A stretch of DNA of 64,000 nucleotides from an uncultured Clostridia bacterium (GTDB lineage Bacteria; Bacillota; Clostridia; Oscillospirales; CAG-272): assembly GCA_944391805.1 (NCBI GenBank), contig CALXUY010000014.1:32222-96221 (forward strand), given 5' to 3'. Of this stretch, positions 19,974 through 29,404 are shown piece by piece; within the stretch, counting starts at the first letter, position 1; each line of letters begins with the position of its first letter. The position numbers were made by a program, and so were the translations under genes. Below the pieces are notes generated by a model. The model searched no databases. It worked only from the letters and a program-made list of their open reading frames with translations, and was not told the DNA's origin.

Positions 19974-21603
19974 ACTGTTCGGCAGAAAGAAGCGGGAAAA
20001 GGAAGAAGCCGCCCGATTGGCGGAGGAACAGGCCCGCGCCGAAGCAGAAGCCAAAGCTTGTGCCGAGGCAGAAGCGAAAGCCAGAGCCGAGGCAGAAGCC
20101 AAGGCCGAGGCAGAAGCAAAAGCCAAAGCCGAGGCAGAAGCGAAAGCCAAGGCTGAAGCGGAAGCAAAGGCCAAAGGTGAGGCAGAAGCGAAAGCCAAAG
20201 CCGAAGCAGAGGCGAAAGCCAAGGCCGAGGCAGAAGCAAAAGCCAAGGCCGAGGCAGAGGCGAAAGCCAAAGCGGAAGCAAAGGCCAAAGCCGAGGCAGA
20301 GGCGAAAGCCAAAGCTGAGGCGGAAGCAAAAGCCAAAGCTGAGGCGGAAGCAAAAGCCAAAGCCGAGGCAGAGGCGAAAGCCAAGGCCGAGGCAGAGGCG
20401 AAAGCCAGAGCCGAAGCAGAGGCGAAAGCCAAAGCCGAAGCAGAGGCAAAGGCCAAAGCTGAGGCAGAAGCGAAAGCCAAAGCCGAGGCGGAAGCAAAGG
20501 CCAAAGCGGAAGCGGAAGCAAAGGCCAAAGCTGAGGCGGAGGCAAAAGCCAAGGCCGAAGCGGAGGCGAAAGCCAGAGCTGAAGCGGAAGCAAAGGCCAA
20601 AGCGGAAGCGGAAGCGAAGGCCAAGGCCGAGGCAGAAGAAAAAGCCCGTGCCGAAGCAGAAGCGGACAGTCCGGAAACCCGCAAAAAGGAGAAAAAATCC
20701 TTCTGGGGACGGGTGAAGGAAGGGCTGACCAAGACCAAAAACGCGTTGTTCGGTCAGATTGACGATCTGCTCAAATCCTTTGTCAAGGTAGACGAGGAGC
20801 TGCTCGAGGAGCTGGAGGAGCTGCTGATCTGCGCCGATGTAGGCGTCAATTCCGCCGAGCAGATCATCGGGGAGCTGCGCGAGCAGGTCAAGGACGGCAG
20901 ACTCAAGGAGAAGGAACAGGTCATGTCGGCTCTGCGCGGCATTCTCGAGGGAATGATCGGCCCCGGGGAGCCCTTGAAGCTGGAAACACAGCCGTCGGTG
21001 ATCCTGATCATCGGCGTCAACGGAGTGGGAAAGACCACCTCCATCGGCAAAATCTCCAACCAACTGCGCAAGCAGGGCAAAAAGGTCATTGTGGCCGCTG
21101 CCGATACCTTCCGCGCCGCCGCCATCGATCAGCTTGCCGTCTGGTGCGAGCGCGCAAAGGTCGAGCTGGTGCGCCAGAATGAGGGGAGCGACCCCGCCGC
21201 CGTGGTATTTGACGCCTGCCATGCCGCAAAGAAAAAGAACGCCGATGTGCTCATCATCGATACGGCCGGCCGGCTGCACAACAAAACCAATCTGATGAAC
21301 GAGCTGGCAAAAATCAACCGCATCATCGACCGCGAGCTGCCCGGCGCTTCCCGGGAAAATCTGCTCGTGCTGGACGCCACAACCGGGCAGAACGCCATCA
21401 TTCAGGCGAAGGAGTTCAAAAACGCCGCGGCATTGACCGGACTGATTCTGAACAAGCTGGACGGAACCGCAAAGGGCGGAATTGTCATCTCCATCCGTCA
21501 GGAGCTGAATATTCCGGTCAAGTTCATCGGCGTGGGAGAGAAAATCGACGATATGCAGGAGTTCGATCAGGCAGAGTTTGTCAAAGCACTGTTTGAGAAC
21601 TGA
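19957..21603 (+). CDS. ftsY: Signal recognition particle receptor FtsY with a repeat-expanded N-terminal domain
   Basis: C-terminal NG domain ([31 protein letters not shown]). N-terminal [12 protein letters not shown], then about 211 aa of AEAEAKAK repeats. SD AAAGGAGAGG. Overlaps the smc end by 17 nt. rnc-smc-ftsY synteny. Confidence 0.93.
   Translation: MGFLDKLFGRKKREKEEAARLAEEQARAEAEAKACAEAEAKARAEAEAKAEAEAKAKAEAEAKAKAEAEAKAKGEAEAKAKAEAEAKAKAEAEAKAKAEAEAKAKAEAKAKAEAEAKAKAEAEAKAKAEAEAKAKAEAEAKAKAEAEAKARAEAEAKAKAEAEAKAKAEAEAKAKAEAEAKAKAEAEAKAKAEAEAKAKAEAEAKARAEAEAKAKAEAEAKAKAEAEEKARAEAEADSPETRKKEKKSFWGRVKEGLTKTKNALFGQIDDLLKSFVKVDEELLEELEELLICADVGVNSAEQIIGELREQVKDGRLKEKEQVMSALRGILEGMIGPGEPLKLETQPSVILIIGVNGVGKTTSIGKISNQLRKQGKKVIVAAADTFRAAAIDQLAVWCERAKVELVRQNEGSDPAAVVFDACHAAKKKNADVLIIDTAGRLHNKTNLMNELAKINRIIDRELPGASRENLLVLDATTGQNAIIQAKEFKNAAALTGLILNKLDGTAKGGIVISIRQELNIPVKFIGVGEKIDDMQEFDQAEFVKALFEN
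20032..20664 (+). repeat. In-frame tandem repeat, about 26 units of 24 bp, encoding (AEAEAKAK)n within ftsY
   Basis: 633 bp of GCN-GAR-GCN-GAR-GCN-AAR-GCN-AAR units. Units differ mostly at synonymous third positions. Two 18-bp units and rare R/C/G substitutions occur. Confidence 0.95.
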
Positions 21604-21615
21604 GGGGATATTAGG

Positions 21616-22224
21616 ATGAAACTGGTATTGGCGTCCCGGAACGCAAAAAAGATCAACGAACTGAAGGGCATTCTCCGGGAATGCTTCCCGGATGTCGAAA
21701 TTCTTTCACTGGATGATGTGGGAGTGACCGGCGAAATTGAAGAAACCGGCTCGACCTTTGAGGAAAACGCGCTGCTCAAGGCGCGCGCTGCCTCGATGGG
21801 GCGGTATATCGGCGTGGGGGACGACTCCGGCCTGACGGTGGATGCGCTGGGGGGTGAGCCGGGAATCTGGTCCGCCCGCTACGCCGAACGCCATCACTAT
21901 GCCGGCGGGCATGACGACGAGGCCAACAACCGCCTGCTGCTGGAACGGCTTGGATCGGTGCCGCAGGAGGAGCGCGGGGCAGCGTTTGTCTGCTGCATTG
22001 CCTGCGTTCTGCCGGACGGCCGCAGCTTTACCGTGCGGGGAGAGGTGCGGGGCAGCATCCTGCAGAGCTACCGGGGCAGTGGAGGCTTTGGCTATGATCC
22101 GCTGTTCTGGTATGAGCCGCTGGGCCGCAGCTTTGCTGAGCTGACCCCGGCGGAGAAGAACGCGGTATCCCACCGCGGCGTGGCGCTGCGGAAGTTTGCC
22201 GCACGGCTGCGGGAGGAGCTATGA
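21616..22224 (+). CDS. rdgB: Non-canonical purine NTP (dITP/XTP) pyrophosphatase RdgB/HAM1 family
   Basis: 202 aa, MKLVLASRNAKKINELKGIL, FGYDPLF and SHRG motifs. Confidence 0.92.
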   Translation: MKLVLASRNAKKINELKGILRECFPDVEILSLDDVGVTGEIEETGSTFEENALLKARAASMGRYIGVGDDSGLTVDALGGEPGIWSARYAERHHYAGGHDDEANNRLLLERLGSVPQEERGAAFVCCIACVLPDGRSFTVRGEVRGSILQSYRGSGGFGYDPLFWYEPLGRSFAELTPAEKNAVSHRGVALRKFAARLREEL

Positions 22225-22709
22225 GAGAGATGAAATTTTCGGATTATTTTTTCGCACCCGGCGTCCGGCCGCTCTCCACCATTCTCGGGGTTCTGCTGGG
22301 CTGCGTGGTCGGGCTGTTTGGCGGCTGGCAGATCGGTGTGCTGGTCGGCGCATCGGCGGCTGTTCTGCTCTCTGTGATCATTCCGATTGCCATATATCGG
22401 GAGGATGCGCCGTATGCCAAGCTGAAAAAGACGCTGCAGCGCCCCTTTCTCTTCGACGAACGTGTGCGGTTCACGGTGCGTGACGGCAGTGTCAGCGGAT
22501 ACTTCATTCTGACCGAGCACAGCATGGTGTTTCTCTCGCTGGATCGGGGTGTTCACCGGATGGAGCTGGTGCGGGAGGACGTGAAGTCGGTCATTCTCGG
22601 GGAGGATTCCAGCCTGAGCATTTTTCTGAGCAATACCCAGTTCATCCGGGTGCTGTCCGCCGCCTGCACAGAGATGTTCCGCGTGCTGCGGGAGAACGGC
22701 TGGGCATAG
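22221..22709 (+). CDS. Hypothetical membrane protein (two TM helices plus a PH/GRAM-like C-terminal domain)
   Basis: 162 aa. ATGA overlap with the rdgB stop. Hydrophobic segments LSTILGVLLGCVVGLFGGW and VLVGASAAVLLSVIIPIAI. Confidence 0.6.
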   Translation: MREMKFSDYFFAPGVRPLSTILGVLLGCVVGLFGGWQIGVLVGASAAVLLSVIIPIAIYREDAPYAKLKKTLQRPFLFDERVRFTVRDGSVSGYFILTEHSMVFLSLDRGVHRMELVREDVKSVILGEDSSLSIFLSNTQFIRVLSAACTEMFRVLRENGWA

Positions 22710-22735
22710 CTTTGAATCGGAAACGGAGAGGATAG

Positions 22736-23038
22736 ATGATGATGACATCCAAGCAAAGAGCGTATTTGCGCGGGCTTGCGAACGACATTCCCGCGATCAT
22801 GCAGGTGGGCAAGGGGGGCATTTCGGAACCGCTTGTCAAAACCTGCTCCGACGCGCTGGAGGCGCGCGAGCTGATCAAGCTGCACATTCTGGACAACAGC
22901 GGTCAGCCTCCACGGGCGGTTGCCGATGCACTGGCAGAGCGCCTGCATGCCGAGGTGGTGGCTGTGACCGGCAAAAAGGCCGTGTTTTACCGCCGCTCTG
23001 CCGGCAAACCGGTCATCGAGCTGCCGGAGCGGACATGA
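22736..23038 (+). CDS. yhbY: Ribosome assembly RNA-binding protein YhbY (CRM domain)
   Basis: 100 aa, TSKQRAYLRGLANDIPAIMQVGKGGISEPLVKTCSDALEARELIKL. Confidence 0.88.
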   Translation: MMMTSKQRAYLRGLANDIPAIMQVGKGGISEPLVKTCSDALEARELIKLHILDNSGQPPRAVADALAERLHAEVVAVTGKKAVFYRRSAGKPVIELPERT

Positions 23039-23652
23039 CCCGCATCGGCATTTACGGAGGGACCTTCTCCCCGCCGCACAACGGCCATCTGGCTGCGGCC
23101 AAGGCGTTTATGGAGCAGATGTGGCTGGATCTGCTGTACGTGATTCCCACTGCGCTTCCGCCGCACAAGGAGATGGAGTGCCCGGTTTCGGCTGCCCACC
23201 GGCTGGAGATGTGCCGCCTGGCCTTTTCCGGCGTCGATGGCGTGTATGTGAGCGATATGGAGATCCGGCGGGGCGGGCGGAGCTACACCGTGGACACCCT
23301 GCGGGAGCTTTCGGGGGATGACCGGCGGCTGTTTCTGCTCTGCGGAACCGACATGATGCTCACGCTGGATGAATGGCGCGCGCCCGAGGAAATTTTCCGG
23401 CTCTGCTACCCGGTCTATATCCGCCGTGACAGAGACGCTTCGCTTGACGCGCAGATTGTGCGGAAAATTGCGGAATATCAGGCAAAGTACGGCAAGGTGG
23501 TGCGCCGGATCGTGGCCGAACCGGTGGTGCTTTCGTCAAGCGAAATCCGGGATGCCATCCGCGCCGGCCGTCCTGTGAGCGGTAAACTGCCGCCTGCGGT
23601 AGAAAGATACATTTCAGACAATCATTTATACGTTTCAAACATCGGAAGGTGA
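23035..23652 (+). CDS. nadD: Nicotinate-nucleotide adenylyltransferase
   Basis: IGIYGGTFSPPHNGHL (H/TxGH motif), 205 aa, ATGA overlap with yhbY. Confidence 0.93.
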   Translation: MTRIGIYGGTFSPPHNGHLAAAKAFMEQMWLDLLYVIPTALPPHKEMECPVSAAHRLEMCRLAFSGVDGVYVSDMEIRRGGRSYTVDTLRELSGDDRRLFLLCGTDMMLTLDEWRAPEEIFRLCYPVYIRRDRDASLDAQIVRKIAEYQAKYGKVVRRIVAEPVVLSSSEIRDAIRAGRPVSGKLPPAVERYISDNHLYVSNIGR

Positions 23653-24294
23653 GTGATAATGATAGAGATTACCGAACCAATGCTGGACGGGCTGCGGGAG
23701 TCTGTCCTGTCCCGGCTTTCCGCCAAGCGGTTCCGCCATACGGTGGCGGTGGAGCAGATGGTAGTCCGGCTGTGCGAGCTGTACTGTCCCGACCAGACCG
23801 CACGCCTGCGCGCGGCGGCATTGCTGCACGACCTGACCAAGGAGCTGACCCCTGCGGAGCAGGAGTCGCTCTGCGCTTCGCTGGGACTGCCGGTCTCTCC
23901 GCAGGACCGGCTCGCCCCCAAGACCTTTCATGCCCGAACCGCAGCAGCGCTGATACCGGAGGAATTTCCGGAATTTGCCGATCATGTCATTGTCTCGGCG
24001 GTGCGCTGGCACACCACCGGCCGCAGGGAGATGACCCTGACCGAAAAGCTGCTGTATCTGGCCGATTATATCGACGAATCCCGCAGCTTTGAAAACTGCG
24101 TGCTCCTCCGGCGCTATTTCTGGGGAGCCGGGCCGCAGGAGCTGACGCCCGAGAGGCGGGAGGCGCTGCTGCGGGACACGCTGATCCTCTCCTATGACAT
24201 GACCATCCGCGATCTGCTGTCCGAGCATGCCCCGGTGGCCGAGGAGACGATCGAAGCCCGCAATGAGCTGCTCTTGGAGGCGGCGCAGGCCTGA
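23653..24294 (+). CDS. yqeK: HD-domain bis(5'-nucleosyl)-tetraphosphatase YqeK
   Basis: RFRHTVAVE...LLHDLTKE...VRWHTTG...LLYLADYIDESR HD motifs, immediately after nadD. Confidence 0.88.
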   Translation: MIMIEITEPMLDGLRESVLSRLSAKRFRHTVAVEQMVVRLCELYCPDQTARLRAAALLHDLTKELTPAEQESLCASLGLPVSPQDRLAPKTFHARTAAALIPEEFPEFADHVIVSAVRWHTTGRREMTLTEKLLYLADYIDESRSFENCVLLRRYFWGAGPQELTPERREALLRDTLILSYDMTIRDLLSEHAPVAEETIEARNELLLEAAQA

Positions 24295-24339
24295 TTTTGT
24301 TTCGGATTCCTTACATATCCAATTTGCGAGGTACCCGAT

Positions 24340-25347
24340 ATGAAAAAATTCCGGATTTGTTATCTGATCATCACCGCCGCCGTGCTGGCCGGCAGCATCT
24401 TCTGCCTGCACCCAAGCGTACCCGCGCAGGCCTCCGTGTCCGAGCCGGACGCGCAGGCGGCGGGCCAGACGGCAGGCACCACACGCATTCTGGTGCTGGG
24501 CTGCGACCGGGCCGCGGCACTGACCGACAGCATTCTGCTGGTTTCTCTGGAGGCGCCGTCCGGTGCGCTGCGTATTCTGCAATTGCCGCGGGACACCTAT
24601 GCCGTGTATACCGACCGGGACTATAAAAAGCTGAACGGGGCCTATGCGGTGCTGGGGCTGGACGGGATGAAGCAGTTTCTGTCACAGTCGCTCGGCGTTT
24701 CCATCGATTATGCCGCGGCGCTGGATCTCGACTGTGTCTCTTCGCTGGTCGACGCGGTGGGCGGCGTGGATGTGGAAATTACCCAGCCCATGCAGTATAC
24801 CGATCCGTCGCAGAACCTGCTCATCGATCTGCAGCCCGGCATGCAGCATCTGGACGGCCGGCAGGCCGAGCATTTTCTGCGCTACCGGTCCGGCTATGCC
24901 AATGCGGATCTGGGCAGAATGGATGCGCAAAAGCGCTTTTTGCAGGCATATCTGCAAAAATGCCAGAGCATGGGGACCGGAGGGCTTGTGCGCATGATGC
25001 TCGCCGTGCTGCCCAAAATGCAGACCGACCTGCCGGTGCAGGAGGCGGTGCGGCTGGTGCAGCTTCTGCCGCAGGCCGATATTGCGGAGGTACCCATGAC
25101 CACCGCGCCGGGAGAGGCTGTGCGGGGGAGCAGCGGCGCGTGGTATTACAGCCTCAACCGCGCGGATATGATCTGCGCCGTCAACGCCTATCTTTTGCCG
25201 CAGGTGCCGGTAACCGACGCATCCTTTGACCCCAACCGGGTGTATGACCGGCAGGATTTTCCGGAATTTCACCGGATCTACACCGCTCCCGGAACATGGG
25301 AGGGAGCGGAACCCCAATCAACCGTCAAATCAGAAGAAAGGACATGA
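24340..25347 (+). CDS. LCP (LytR-CpsA-Psr) family cell-envelope phosphotransferase
   Basis: N-terminal TM anchor, then ILVLGCDR...TDSILLVSL...LQLPRDTY...LDGRQAEHFLRYR. Confidence 0.9.
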   Translation: MKKFRICYLIITAAVLAGSIFCLHPSVPAQASVSEPDAQAAGQTAGTTRILVLGCDRAAALTDSILLVSLEAPSGALRILQLPRDTYAVYTDRDYKKLNGAYAVLGLDGMKQFLSQSLGVSIDYAAALDLDCVSSLVDAVGGVDVEITQPMQYTDPSQNLLIDLQPGMQHLDGRQAEHFLRYRSGYANADLGRMDAQKRFLQAYLQKCQSMGTGGLVRMMLAVLPKMQTDLPVQEAVRLVQLLPQADIAEVPMTTAPGEAVRGSSGAWYYSLNRADMICAVNAYLLPQVPVTDASFDPNRVYDRQDFPEFHRIYTAPGTWEGAEPQSTVKSEERT

Positions 25348-25350
25348 TAT

Positions 25351-25782
25351 ATGAACGAAACACCCAACAGCCAGGTGGCACTGCCTGCGCTCACCGGCGC
25401 TTCGCCGGAGGAGCTGGCACACGCGATTTTTGACGTGCTGGACGAAAAGAAGGCCGAGGACATCAAGGTGCTGCACGTCAGGGATCAGACCGTCATCACA
25501 GATTATTTTGTCATCTGCTCGGGCCGCTCCAGCACGCAGGTCAAATCGCTTGGCGGAGAGGTCGAATTCAAAATCGGGCAGCGCGGCGTCAGTCCGGCTC
25601 ATTTTGAGGGCAGGGACAACAACAACTGGATCGTGCTGGACTACAGCTCGGTCATTCTCCACATTTTCAGCCGGGACTCCCGGGAATTCTACAATCTCGA
25701 AAAGCTGTACGGAGACGCTGAGGAGATTCATTTCCTCAGTGTGGACGAACGGACGCAAGCGAGGGAAAGCGAAAACTTATGA
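25351..25782 (+). CDS. rsfS: Ribosome silencing factor RsfS
   Basis: DKKAEDIKVLHVRDQTVITDYFVICSGRSSTQV...WIVLDYSSVILHIF. Confidence 0.92.
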   Translation: MNETPNSQVALPALTGASPEELAHAIFDVLDEKKAEDIKVLHVRDQTVITDYFVICSGRSSTQVKSLGGEVEFKIGQRGVSPAHFEGRDNNNWIVLDYSSVILHIFSRDSREFYNLEKLYGDAEEIHFLSVDERTQARESENL

Positions 25783-28181
25783 AATACGATTTCAAAACCA
25801 TTGAACCCAAATGGCAGGAGCGGTGGGAGCAGGCCGGCGCCTTCCGCGCCGAGGATCACAGCTCCAAGCCTAAGTATTACACATTGGTGGAGTTTCCATA
25901 CCCCAGCGGCGCGGGGATGCATGTCGGACATATCAAGGCCTATTCCGGGCTGGAGGTGGTCTCTCGCAAGCGGAGAATGCAGGGCTACAACGTGCTGTTC
26001 CCGATCGGCTTTGACGCATTCGGCCTGCCGACCGAGAACTATGCCATCAAAACCGGCATTCATCCGCGCGAGGTGACCGACCGCAACATCCGGAAATTCA
26101 CGTCGCAGCTGCGCCGCGTCGGCTTTTCGTTCGATTGGAGCCGCGTGGTGGACACCACCGAGGAGGGCTACTATCACTGGACGCAGTGGATCTTCCTGAA
26201 AATGTTCGAGAAGGGACTGGTGTTCCGCGACACCGCGCTGGTCAACTATTGCCCGAGCTGCAAGGTGGTGCTCTCAAACGAGGATTCGCAGGGCGGACAT
26301 TGCGACATCTGCAAGAGCGAGATTGTGCAGAAATCCAAAACCGTTTGGTATCTGCGCATTACCGATTATGCCGACCGGCTGCTGCAGGGGCTGGATGAGG
26401 TGGACTATCTCCCCAACATCCGCCAGCAGCAGGTCAACTGGATCGGCAAGTCCACCGGCGCGTTTGTCAATTTTCCGCTCAAGGACTGCGGCGAGTCGCT
26501 CCGCATCTACACCACCCGCTGCGATACGCTCTTCGGCGTCACCTTCATGGTCATCGCGCCGGAGCATCCCATTCTTGACAAATACCGCGACCGCATCGTC
26601 AATACGGCCGCCATGGACGCTTACCGCGAGGAATGCGCCAAAAAGACCGAATTTGAGCGCACCCAACTGGTCAAGCAGAAGACCGGTGTGCGCATCGAGG
26701 GGCTGACGGCCGTCAACCCGGTGTCGGGCAAGGAAATTCCCATCTACATCTCGGATTACGTGATGATGGGCTACGGAACCGGCGCGATTATGGCGGTGCC
26801 TGCGCACGATGAGCGGGACTATGAATTTGCCAAAAAATTCGGCATCGACATTGTGGAGGTCATCAAGGGCGGGGATATCTCCCGGGAGGCCTATACCGGC
26901 GACGGGGAGATGGTCAATTCGGATTTTCTCAACGGCCTGACCAACAAAAAGGATTCCATCGCCCGGATGCTCGCATACCTGGAAGAAAAGGGCATCGGCG
27001 AGAAGGGCGTGCAGTACAAAATGAAGGACTGGGCCTTTAACCGCCAGAGATACTGGGGCGAGCCGATTCCGATTGTGCACTGCCCGCACTGCGGCATGGT
27101 GCCGGTTCCCTATGAGGAGCTGCCCCTGAAGCTGCCGCAGATCAGCAATTTTGAGCCGGGAGAGGGCGGGGAAAGCCCGCTGGCGAAAATCGACAGCTTT
27201 GTGAACTGTCAATGCCCGCGCTGCGGCGGGGACGCGAAGCGTGAAACCGATACGATGCCCCAGTGGGCCGGCTCCTCGTGGTACTATCTGCGCTATGTGG
27301 ATCCGCACAACCCCGACTGCATTGCCGATCCCGAGAAGCTGAAATACTGGATGCCCGTGGATTGGTACAACGGCGGCATGGAGCATGTGACCAGACACAT
27401 GATCTATTCGCGCTTCTGGCACAAGTTCCTGTACGACATCGGCGTGGTGCCCTGCTCGGAGCCATATGCCAAGCGGACGGCGCAGGGGCTGATTCTCGGG
27501 CCGGACGGCGAGAAGATGTCCAAATCCAAGGGCAACGTGGTGGATCCCAACGACGTGGTGGACGCATACGGCGCCGACGTGCTGCGCACCTATGTGCTGT
27601 TTATGGGGGATTATGCCAGCGCCGCGCCCTGGAACGAAAGCTCGATGAAGGGCTGCAAGCGCTTCCTCGAGCGTGTGGCGGATCTCTTTGAGCTGATTCG
27701 TCCGGACGGCGGCAGCCCGAAGCTCGAAACCGCGTTCCACAAAACCATCAAAAAGGTGTCGCTGGACATTGAGGAGCTGAAATTCAACACCGCCATCGCG
27801 GCTATGATGGCATTGCTCAACGACATCTATGAGGTGGGGAGCCTGACCGGAGAGCAGTTCTCGGCACTCATCCGTCTGCTCTGTCCCTTTGCGCCGCATC
27901 TCTGCGAGGAGCTGTGGGAGGCCACCGGCGGAGAGGGGCTTTGCTCGCTGGCCGCCTGGCCGGAGTGGGACGAGAGCAAAACCGTGGACAGCACGGTGGA
28001 GGTTGCGGTGCAGATCAACGGAAAGCTGCGCGCCACAGTGGAGCTGCCCCTCAACTGCGCAAAGGAGGAGGCCATTGCGCTGGCAAAGGCCGATTCCCGC
28101 ATCGCACCCCAGCTCGAGGGCAAAACCATCGTCAAGGAGATCAGCGTTCCGAATAAAATTGTCAATCTCGTTGTGCGCTGA
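25779..28181 (+). CDS. leuS: Leucine--tRNA ligase
   Basis: 800 aa with HVGH (HIGH) and KMSKSKGN motifs and a CP1 editing domain. ATGA overlap with rsfS. Confidence 0.97.
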   Translation: MKYDFKTIEPKWQERWEQAGAFRAEDHSSKPKYYTLVEFPYPSGAGMHVGHIKAYSGLEVVSRKRRMQGYNVLFPIGFDAFGLPTENYAIKTGIHPREVTDRNIRKFTSQLRRVGFSFDWSRVVDTTEEGYYHWTQWIFLKMFEKGLVFRDTALVNYCPSCKVVLSNEDSQGGHCDICKSEIVQKSKTVWYLRITDYADRLLQGLDEVDYLPNIRQQQVNWIGKSTGAFVNFPLKDCGESLRIYTTRCDTLFGVTFMVIAPEHPILDKYRDRIVNTAAMDAYREECAKKTEFERTQLVKQKTGVRIEGLTAVNPVSGKEIPIYISDYVMMGYGTGAIMAVPAHDERDYEFAKKFGIDIVEVIKGGDISREAYTGDGEMVNSDFLNGLTNKKDSIARMLAYLEEKGIGEKGVQYKMKDWAFNRQRYWGEPIPIVHCPHCGMVPVPYEELPLKLPQISNFEPGEGGESPLAKIDSFVNCQCPRCGGDAKRETDTMPQWAGSSWYYLRYVDPHNPDCIADPEKLKYWMPVDWYNGGMEHVTRHMIYSRFWHKFLYDIGVVPCSEPYAKRTAQGLILGPDGEKMSKSKGNVVDPNDVVDAYGADVLRTYVLFMGDYASAAPWNESSMKGCKRFLERVADLFELIRPDGGSPKLETAFHKTIKKVSLDIEELKFNTAIAAMMALLNDIYEVGSLTGEQFSALIRLLCPFAPHLCEELWEATGGEGLCSLAAWPEWDESKTVDSTVEVAVQINGKLRATVELPLNCAKEEAIALAKADSRIAPQLEGKTIVKEISVPNKIVNLVVR

Positions 28182-28182
28182 T

Positions 28183-28836
28183 ATGCATTATCAGGTTGTC
28201 ATTCTTTCGGAGGACGCGGTGTTCGCGCGGATGCTGGAGCTGGAATTTGCACACCGGGGCATGTCTGTGCTCACCGCGTCCGCACTGGACGAGCCGGACA
28301 GCGCCGATGTGCTGATTCTGGATCTCGACAGCGCGTACGCACCGCCGCCCGGCAGGTATCGCAAGATGATCGGCTTCAGCCGCCGTCCGGCCATCACCGC
28401 CAAGGACGCACGGAGCTGTACCATGATTCTGCGCCGCCCCTTCCGCCTGAGCCTTTTGCGCAGGGAGGTTCTGGCGCAGACCGGTTATCCGGCGCCGCAA
28501 CTCGGCTATCCGGTACCGCAGACCGAGGCAGCGCCGTTGCCGCCTCGTCCGGCGCGGCAGCCCGAGCGGCGTCGGATCACCCTCAATGAAGCAGACCGGA
28601 CGCTGCGCTGCGACGGGCAGACCGTTTCGCTCAGCCCGCAGGAGTTCAGACTCCTGCGGCTTCTGCTCGAGCAGCGCGGCAAGACCGTATCCCGCGCTGC
28701 GCTGGCAGAGGCCATCGGAGCCGCTGCGGGCAATAAAACCGAGGTTTATATCTGTTATCTGCGGCGCAAAACCGACGGGCTCCCATCCGGCCGCCTGATC
28801 CGTACCGTGCGGGGAGAGGGGTATTGCGTGGATTGA
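28183..28836 (+). CDS. OmpR/PhoB-type winged-helix regulator with a degenerate receiver domain (no adjacent kinase)
   Basis: ATG 28183 is 1 nt after the leuS stop. The C-terminus LSPQEFRLLRLLLEQRGKTVSRAAL...EVYICYLRRK...IRTVRGEGYCV is an OmpR-type wHTH. The N-terminal receiver-like fold has SED instead of DD and RPF instead of KPF. A Pro-rich linker joins them. Confidence 0.75.
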   Translation: MHYQVVILSEDAVFARMLELEFAHRGMSVLTASALDEPDSADVLILDLDSAYAPPPGRYRKMIGFSRRPAITAKDARSCTMILRRPFRLSLLRREVLAQTGYPAPQLGYPVPQTEAAPLPPRPARQPERRRITLNEADRTLRCDGQTVSLSPQEFRLLRLLLEQRGKTVSRAALAEAIGAAAGNKTEVYICYLRRKTDGLPSGRLIRTVRGEGYCVD

Positions 28837-28894
28837 CGGACGCGCCCGGCGCGCGCCTGCCCGGGAGGGGCAGGCGGAAACAGGAGAGTCATAT

Positions 28895-29404
28895 ATGGCC
28901 AACGAAACAAAAAAAGATTTTCAAGCGATGCTGCTGGACAACCGGGATATGCCCAGAATTCAGATCGTCACCGACCCTGCGGTCATCAGAAAATACGGTG
29001 GAAGCAGAATGTATTTTGCACCGCCGATCGAATATGACCGGGTCATGAGGCAGGTTCCCCGGGGGCAGGTCGTTACCGTTGGGGATATCCGGCAGCTTTT
29101 GGCAAAGCAGAACGGCGCGGATTTTACCGACCCGTTGACCGCGGGCATCTTTGTTCAGATTGCCGCATGGGCCTGTGAGCAGCGCGGAGACCGGGAAACG
29201 CCGTATTGGAGGACGCTCAAAACAAACGGGGAGCTGAATCCGAAATATCCGGGCGGCACAGAGGCGCAGAAAGCGCTGCTGGAATGCGAGGGGCACACCG
29301 TAATTCGGAAGGGGCGCAGTCAGATCCGGTATTTTGTAAAGAACTTTGAGGCCGTGCGCTTTGCATGGGGTGACGGGACCGAGAGCGGACCCCGCAAGGC
29401 CTGA
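28895..29404 (+). CDS. MGMT-family / alkyltransferase-like (ATL) DNA-binding protein lacking the acceptor cysteine
   Basis: VPRGQVVTVGDIRQLLAKQNG...TPYWRTLKTNGELNPKYPGG...ALLECEGHTV follows the MGMT C-terminal domain pattern, but PCHR is replaced by PYWR. Confidence 0.6.
   Translation: MANETKKDFQAMLLDNRDMPRIQIVTDPAVIRKYGGSRMYFAPPIEYDRVMRQVPRGQVVTVGDIRQLLAKQNGADFTDPLTAGIFVQIAAWACEQRGDRETPYWRTLKTNGELNPKYPGGTEAQKALLECEGHTVIRKGRSQIRYFVKNFEAVRFAWGDGTESGPRKA

Noticed and set aside
20032-20664. A regular 24-bp periodicity that might be taken for a CRISPR-like array.
   Set aside because: The units are contiguous with no spacers, lie in frame inside ftsY, and vary at synonymous positions. This is a coding tandem repeat.
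19803-20738. ORFs across the ftsY repeat in other frames or on the other strand: 19803-20738(-) [16 protein letters not shown]..., 19868-20593(-), 19921-21279(-), and 20060-20716(+) [10 protein letters not shown]...
   Set aside because: They are mirror or off-frame readings of the 24-bp AEAEAKAK repeat. Only the ftsY frame has an SD-led start and connects to a real NG domain.
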